A DNA stretch of 48,374 nt from positions 9,877 through 58,250 of the forward strand of contig CAYTNU010000002.1 in the NCBI GenBank assembly GCA_964439515.1. The letters run 5' to 3'. The translations under genes were made by a program, and so were the position numbers. The notes under the pieces are model-generated. The model was not told where the DNA came from and made no database searches. It was given only the letters and a program-made list of their open reading frames with translations. Each line of letters begins with the position of its first letter. Position 1 is the stretch's first letter. Source of the DNA: an uncultured Candidatus Saccharibacteria bacterium (GTDB lineage: Bacteria; Patescibacteriota; Minisyncoccia; Portnoybacterales; UBA2143). Shown piece after piece: positions 43,681 to 48,374 of this stretch.

Positions 43681-45720
43681 ATGAACAAGAAAGAAGATAA
43701 AAAACGAATAGCTAAATTAAGACAAGTTATCAATCATAATAACTATTTATATCATGTTTTAGATACACCAGAAATTAATGATGCAGCTTTTGATTCTTTG
43801 AAACACGAACTTTCTAAATTAGAAGAACAATATCCTGATTTAATTACATTGGATTCTCCGACTCAAAGAGTTAGTGGTCAGGCATTAGATAAGTTTAAGA
43901 AAGTTAAGCATAAAAAAAGAATGCTTTCTTTAGAAGATATTTTTTATCAAGAAGAACTTGAAGCATGGCAAGAAAGAATTCAGAAACTAGTTCCTTCACA
44001 AAAATTAGACTATTTTACTGAATTGAAAATAGATGGATTTGCTATTACTTTAATTTATAAGAATGGTATTTTTTTTCAAGGAGCCACTAGAGGAGACAGT
44101 AGGATTGGTGAGGATGTTACTCAAAATTTAAAAACTATTAAATCAATACCTTTAAAATTAGAGATACGTCAATCATTTCCTAATAAAGAGATAGATAAGA
44201 AAGCAAGGGAATTCTTAGAAAAAGGAGAAATAGAAGTTAGGGGTGAAGTATATATGACTAAATCTGCTTTTAAAAAAGTAAATGAAGATAGAATGAAAAA
44301 TAAGTTGCCACTTTATGCTAATCCGCGGAACACTGCAGCTGGTAGTATTCGTCAACTTGATTCAAAAATTGCAGCTTCTCGTAAATTAGATTTTTTAAGT
44401 TATGATTTAGTAACTGATTTAGGACAAGAAACTCATGAACAAGAACATCAAATTTTACGCGCATTGGGGTTTAAAACAAGCAAAGAGAAAGGTTTAGATA
44501 GTATAAAAAGAATAGTTGAGTTTAAAGAAGAAATTAATAAAATTAGAAATAGATTAGCTTATCAGATTGATGGTTTAGTAATTAGCGTTAATAATAATGT
44601 GATTTTAAAAAAATTAGGAGTAGTTGGAAAAGCTCCTCGTGGAATGATCGCATATAAGTTTCCAGCAGAGGAAACTACTACCATTGTTAAAGACATAGTT
44701 GTTCAGGTTGGACGTACTGGGGCATTAACTCCTGTAGCAATATTAAAACCAATTCGTTTAGGTGGAGTTTCGATCACTAGGGCTACTCTTCATAATGATG
44801 ATGAAATTAAAAGATTAGATGTTAAAATTGGTGATACTGTTATTATCCAAAGAGCTGGTGATGTTATCCCAGATATTGTTAAGGTAATTAAAAAATTACG
44901 AACTAATAATGAAAAAAAGTTTAATATGCCTAAAAAATGTCCAGCTTGTGGTAGTAAAATAATTAGAAAAAAAGGTGAAGTAGTTTATCGTTGCACTAAT
45001 TTAGAATGCGGTTCAATACAAAGAAAAAGAATTATGCATTTTGTTTCTAGAAAAGCTTTTAATATTGATGGCATTGGTCCTCAAATTGTTAATCAATTAA
45101 TGGATGAAGGATTAATTTCTGATCCATCTGATTTGTTCTTATTAAAATATGGTGATTTAGTTTCATTAGAAAGATTTGCTGAAAAATCAGCTAATAATTT
45201 AATTGAATCTATAGAAAAAAGCAAAGAAATTCCATTAGATAAATTTATTTATTCGCTTGGAATTCGTCATGTTGGAGAGGAGACCTCTATTGCTTTAGCA
45301 CAAAATTTTGGTGATTTAAAAAAGATATCTAAAACAGAAGAAGAAAAGCTTGCTAATATTGAAGATATTGGCCAAATAGTTGCTCAAAGCATTGTTAAAT
45401 GGTTTAATTATAGAAGGAATAGGGATTTAATTAATAATTTAATTAAAAATGGAGTTAAGATAGGAAGGGTAAAAATTTTTGAAAAAAAATTATCTGGATT
45501 AATCTTTGTTTTAACTGGAGAATTAGATAGCTATACTAGAGAAAAATCTAAAACTAAAATTAGACAATTTGGAGGAGAGATTTCTAATTCAGTTTCTAAA
45601 AATACAGATTTTGTTGTTTATGGTAATAATCCTGGATCTAAATATATGGAAGCCAAGAGATTAGGAGTTAAAATTATTAATGAAAAAGAGTTTTTGAAAA
45701 TAATTAAAAAATTAGAATAA
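43681..45720 (+). CDS. ligA: NAD-dependent DNA ligase
   Basis: Adenylation motif ELKIDG, a Zn finger (CPACGS...C..LEC), HhH repeats and a C-terminal BRCT domain. Confidence 0.95.
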   Translation: MNKKEDKKRIAKLRQVINHNNYLYHVLDTPEINDAAFDSLKHELSKLEEQYPDLITLDSPTQRVSGQALDKFKKVKHKKRMLSLEDIFYQEELEAWQERIQKLVPSQKLDYFTELKIDGFAITLIYKNGIFFQGATRGDSRIGEDVTQNLKTIKSIPLKLEIRQSFPNKEIDKKAREFLEKGEIEVRGEVYMTKSAFKKVNEDRMKNKLPLYANPRNTAAGSIRQLDSKIAASRKLDFLSYDLVTDLGQETHEQEHQILRALGFKTSKEKGLDSIKRIVEFKEEINKIRNRLAYQIDGLVISVNNNVILKKLGVVGKAPRGMIAYKFPAEETTTIVKDIVVQVGRTGALTPVAILKPIRLGGVSITRATLHNDDEIKRLDVKIGDTVIIQRAGDVIPDIVKVIKKLRTNNEKKFNMPKKCPACGSKIIRKKGEVVYRCTNLECGSIQRKRIMHFVSRKAFNIDGIGPQIVNQLMDEGLISDPSDLFLLKYGDLVSLERFAEKSANNLIESIEKSKEIPLDKFIYSLGIRHVGEETSIALAQNFGDLKKISKTEEEKLANIEDIGQIVAQSIVKWFNYRRNRDLINNLIKNGVKIGRVKIFEKKLSGLIFVLTGELDSYTREKSKTKIRQFGGEISNSVSKNTDFVVYGNNPGSKYMEAKRLGVKIINEKEFLKIIKKLE

Positions 45721-45723
45721 ATT

Positions 45724-46011
45724 ATGATAACAAAAAAAGAAATTGAAGATATGTCTAAGTTGTCACGCTTAGGATTGTCTGAGAAAGAAAAAGAAAAATT
45801 TAGTAAAGAACTCTCAGCTATTTTAGAATTTGTAAATAAATTAGATGAAGTTAAAATAGACAAGATTAAGCCAACTGCTCAAGTAACTGGCTTAGAGAAT
45901 GTTAGTCGTAAAGATAGCGGAAGAAAGAAGACAAAAAAAGAGACAGATAAGTTATTGGCTTTAGTTCCAGATTCTGAAAATAGGCATGTTAAAGTAAGGG
46001 CAATATTATAA
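45724..46011 (+). CDS. gatC: Asp/Glu-tRNA amidotransferase subunit C
   Basis: KLSRLGLSEKEKEKFSKELSAILEFVNKLDEV matches GatC. It lies directly upstream of gatA. Confidence 0.9.
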   Translation: MITKKEIEDMSKLSRLGLSEKEKEKFSKELSAILEFVNKLDEVKIDKIKPTAQVTGLENVSRKDSGRKKTKKETDKLLALVPDSENRHVKVRAIL

Positions 46012-47429
46012 TGAAATTAGATAAATTAACCATTAAACAATCTAATCAAGGATTAAAAAAGAAAGATTTTTCATCAGTTGAATTAACTGAAGCTGTTTTA
46101 AGTAGAATAAAAAAACGTAATCAAGAAATTAATGCATATTTGACTATTTCTGAAGAATCAGCATTAAGCCAAGCCAAAAGAGTGGATAATAAGATAAAAA
46201 ATAAAGAAGAAATTAGTATTTTAGAAGGGATTCCATTGGCAGTTAAAGATGCTATTTTAGTTGATGGGATTAAATGTACATCTGCTTCTAAAATTTTAGA
46301 AAACTATATTGCTCCTTATGATGCTACTGTAATTAAAAGATTAAGAAAAGTAGGAGCTATTTTTATTGGTAAAACTAATTTAGATGAGTTTACGATGGGT
46401 GCTTCTGGTGAAAATTCTGCTTTTGGCTTAACAAAAAATCCATACGATTTAGAAAGAGTTCCTGGTGGCAGTTCTAGCGGTTCAGCTGCTGCAGTGGCTG
46501 ATGATCAAGCTATTTATGCATTAGGTAGTGATACTGGAGGTTCAATTCGTCAGCCTTCTTCTTTTTGTGGCATTGTTGGTTTAAAAACAACATATGGACG
46601 TGTTTCTCGTTATGGTTTAATAGCTCATGCTTCTTCTTTGGATCAAATTGGTCCAATGACAAAAACGGTTGAAGACGCTAGAATAGTTTTTGATATTATT
46701 AAAGGAAAAGACGTAAAGGATTCTACTAGCATGGATTCTCAAAATGATGAATCTCAAATAAAGATTGAAGATTTAAAAATTGGAATACCAAAAGAATATT
46801 TTGTTAAAGGAATTGATCCTGATGTTGAGAAAATCGTTAAAAAAGCGATTAATAAATATGAGAAAATGGGAGCTAATATTGTAGAAGTTAGTTTGCCTCA
46901 TACTGAATATGCAGTACCTTGTTACTATATCATAGTGTCAGCCGAAGCCTCAGCTAATTTAGCTCGTTATGATGGAATTAGATATGGCTTATCAGAGAAA
47001 GGAGAAAATTTACTAGAAGGATATTTAAAAACTAAACAGAAAGGATTTGGAGATGAAGTAACCAGAAGAATTATGATGGGAACATATGTTTTGTCAGCTG
47101 GATATTATGATGCCTATTATCTTAAAGCTCAAAAAGTTAGAACTTTAATTAAACAAGATTTTGATGATGTTTTTAAGAAAGTGGATGTTTTGATGGGGCC
47201 AGTTTCGCCAACGCCGGCTTTTAAAATAGGGGAGAAGATGGATGATCCTGTTTCAATGTATTTGACTGATATCTATACTGTTTCTGTTAATTTAGCAGGA
47301 ATTCCAGCTATTTCTATTCCTGCAGGAGAAATAGGAAACTTGCCAGTTGGTCTTCAAATTATGGGTAAACAATTTGATGATGAAAGAATTCTTCAAGTAG
47401 CAAAATTTTATGAGGAAATGTCATCCTGA
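46011..47429 (+). CDS. gatA: Asp/Glu-tRNA amidotransferase subunit A
   Basis: Amidase signature GGSSSGSAAAVA..GSDTGGSIRQPSSFCG. The last three codons and the stop lie inside the palindromic repeat at 47419. Confidence 0.93.
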   Translation: MKLDKLTIKQSNQGLKKKDFSSVELTEAVLSRIKKRNQEINAYLTISEESALSQAKRVDNKIKNKEEISILEGIPLAVKDAILVDGIKCTSASKILENYIAPYDATVIKRLRKVGAIFIGKTNLDEFTMGASGENSAFGLTKNPYDLERVPGGSSSGSAAAVADDQAIYALGSDTGGSIRQPSSFCGIVGLKTTYGRVSRYGLIAHASSLDQIGPMTKTVEDARIVFDIIKGKDVKDSTSMDSQNDESQIKIEDLKIGIPKEYFVKGIDPDVEKIVKKAINKYEKMGANIVEVSLPHTEYAVPCYYIIVSAEASANLARYDGIRYGLSEKGENLLEGYLKTKQKGFGDEVTRRIMMGTYVLSAGYYDAYYLKAQKVRTLIKQDFDDVFKKVDVLMGPVSPTPAFKIGEKMDDPVSMYLTDIYTVSVNLAGIPAISIPAGEIGNLPVGLQIMGKQFDDERILQVAKFYEEMSS

Positions 47430-47487
47430 GTCAGCAGACGAAGGATCTAAAAGATAGAGATTCTTCACTTGCTAGTTCAGAATGACA
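47419..47487. repeat. ~69-bp imperfect palindromic repeat, copy B (inverted relative to copy A)
   Basis: TGTCATCCTGAGTCAGCAGACGAAGGATCT...AGATTCTTCACTTGCTAGTTCAGAATGACA. Its first 30 nt differ at only 3 positions from the reverse complement of 1891-1958. Confidence 0.8.
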
Positions 47488-47496
47488 ACGAGGTAT

Positions 47497-48030
47497 ATGA
47501 GAACAGAAATTTATAAAATAATTGATCATTTTCCAGAATATTTTTCTTATACTAATTTTCAGCAGAATATTTTTCCTTTTAAAATTATTTCTGTAAGTTT
47601 TTCTATTGGTTTAATAATTGTTATAATCTATTTAATTTTTCAAATTAGAAAAGATATTAAGAATTTTTTAGAGACAATAGCTGAAAGCGTAACTACCTCA
47701 AGTGTTCATAGTAAAAATCTTATCAAAGGATGGCAATCAGTTTTAGATAAATTAGAAATTGGCGATGAAGCAAATTATAAGTTGGCTATAATTGAGGCAG
47801 ATAAAATTTTTGATAATTTGCTTAAAAGAATTGGCTATCAGGGAGATGACATGGGTGAGAGATTAAAACAAATTACTTCTGCTCAATTAGCTAATATTGA
47901 TGAACTTTGGCAAGCTCATAAAATTCGTAATCGTTTAGTTCATGAAGAAAATTTTCAATTAAAAGAACATGAAGCTAAAAAAGTTATTGAGATATATGAA
48001 AAAGCATTAGACGAATTAGAAGCGATATAG
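47497..48030 (+). CDS. membrane-anchored hypothetical protein with C-terminal Rx4H (HEPN/DUF4145-like) motif
   Basis: One TM helix (IISVSFSIGLIIVIIYLIF). The C-terminal helical domain carries ..WQAHKIRNRLVHEE... Start is ATG 47497 or ATG 47482; the latter lies inside the repeat. Confidence 0.5.
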   Translation: MRTEIYKIIDHFPEYFSYTNFQQNIFPFKIISVSFSIGLIIVIIYLIFQIRKDIKNFLETIAESVTTSSVHSKNLIKGWQSVLDKLEIGDEANYKLAIIEADKIFDNLLKRIGYQGDDMGERLKQITSAQLANIDELWQAHKIRNRLVHEENFQLKEHEAKKVIEIYEKALDELEAI

Positions 48031-48098
48031 TAAGTACTTTACAAAATTAGTTTTATATGGTATTTTGATAAAAAAACATACAGATAAGGAGGCATGTT

Positions 48099-48230
48099 AT
48101 GGACGTCTTTGGAGATACTTTTATGAAAGAGCTTCAAAAAGAAGCTCTTAAAAAAATTGGAAAGATAGTAGCATGTGCTATTTTACTGATTCTTTCTTTA
48201 TTTGGAGTATTAAAATATTGTTGGATGTAG
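48099..48230 (+). CDS. 43-aa hydrophobic small protein
   Basis: A strong SD (AAGGAGG, 48086-48092) sits 6 nt before the ATG. The product is MDVFGDTFMKELQKEALKKIGKIVACAILLILSLFGVLKYCWM. A terminator follows. Confidence 0.45.
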   Translation: MDVFGDTFMKELQKEALKKIGKIVACAILLILSLFGVLKYCWM

Positions 48231-48243
48231 CAATCCAAATAAC

Positions 48244-48279
48244 AAAAAACCCTGCGGTAGAATATACCCAGGGTTTTTT
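48244..48279. terminator. rho-independent terminator between the small ORF and tRNA-Asp
   Basis: AAAAAACCCTG..loop..CAGGGTTTTTT. Its A-run and T-run flanks could serve both convergent units. Confidence 0.65.
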
Positions 48280-48293
48280 ATTTTGATTAACAT

Positions 48294-48370
48294 TGGCGGG
48301 GACGACGCGACTCGAACGCGCGACCTTCTGCGTGACAGGCAGACGCTCTAACCAGCTGAGCTACGCCCCC
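48294..48370 (-). tRNA. tRNA-Asp (anticodon GTC) with encoded CCA
   Basis: The reverse complement folds manually: acceptor GGGGGCG/CGTCCCC, D arm GCTC-AGCTGGTTA-GAGC, anticodon stem TCTGC/GCAGA with loop CTGTCAC, T arm GCGCG-TTCGAGT-CGCGT, discriminator G, then CCA. Confidence 0.9.
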
Positions 48371-48374
48371 AATA

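Noticed and set aside
1411-45863. Antisense or shadow ORFs in the track (e.g. 1411-1596, 3091-3297, 3549-3869, 7077-7280, 10729-10920, 13239-13424, 13796-14005, 15718-15915, 16181-16366, 17755-18003, 18328-18633, 21277-21702, 24519-24728, 26649-26918, 28141-28395, 29763-30002, 33691-33909, 34214-34402, 35143-35367, 35652-35939, 37458-37721, 37699-37893, 38328-38525, 39088-39279, 40429-40635, 45618-45863)
   Set aside because: Each lies opposite to, or out of frame within, a confidently identified conserved gene. Their products are low-complexity Phe/Leu/Ile/Ser-rich, as expected from AT-rich antisense strands, with no start signals.

Overview
This is an AT-rich, gene-dense bacterial chromosome segment. 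Genes are tightly packed or overlapping, mostly without Shine-Dalgarno (SD) sequences. I infer a small-genome Patescibacteria/CPR-type organism: L30 is absent between rpsE and rplO, many ribosomal proteins carry Lys/Glu-rich extensions, and pilMNO is present. Most of the window is housekeeping. It holds the complete str/S10/spc ribosomal superoperon (rpsL-rpsG-fusA-tuf-rpsJ...rplO-secY-adk-map). It also holds cell-wall genes (FemAB-like, MurE-like, Wzy-like, LysM/CHAP hydrolase) and DNA replication and repair genes (ruvA, EndoQ-like, PolX, dnaE, ligA). Further genes are thrS, gatCA, a histidine kinase/response regulator pair, pilMNO and three tRNAs (Arg-TCT, His-GTG, Asp-GTC). The stand-out feature is a ~2.04-kb accessory segment (16553-18595) bracketed by an exact 107-bp direct repeat that duplicates the response-regulator/pilM junction. 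It carries its own consensus promoter, strong SDs and a minimal RiPP cluster: an MdnC/MvdD-type ATP-grasp macrocyclase, a 59-aa Thr/Asp-rich precursor peptide (a graspetide, i.e. omega-ester peptide) followed by a perfect terminator, and a TPR protein. Secondary oddities: a receiver-domain gene with an in-frame TGA; a 400-bp promoter-to-terminator non-coding unit (candidate ncRNA); a two-copy ~68-bp palindromic repeat family; a heptanucleotide repeat inside the FemAB-like gene; and unusual structured spacers inside the ribosomal operons. All calls come from reading the sequence and ORF translations by eye. No database search was run.
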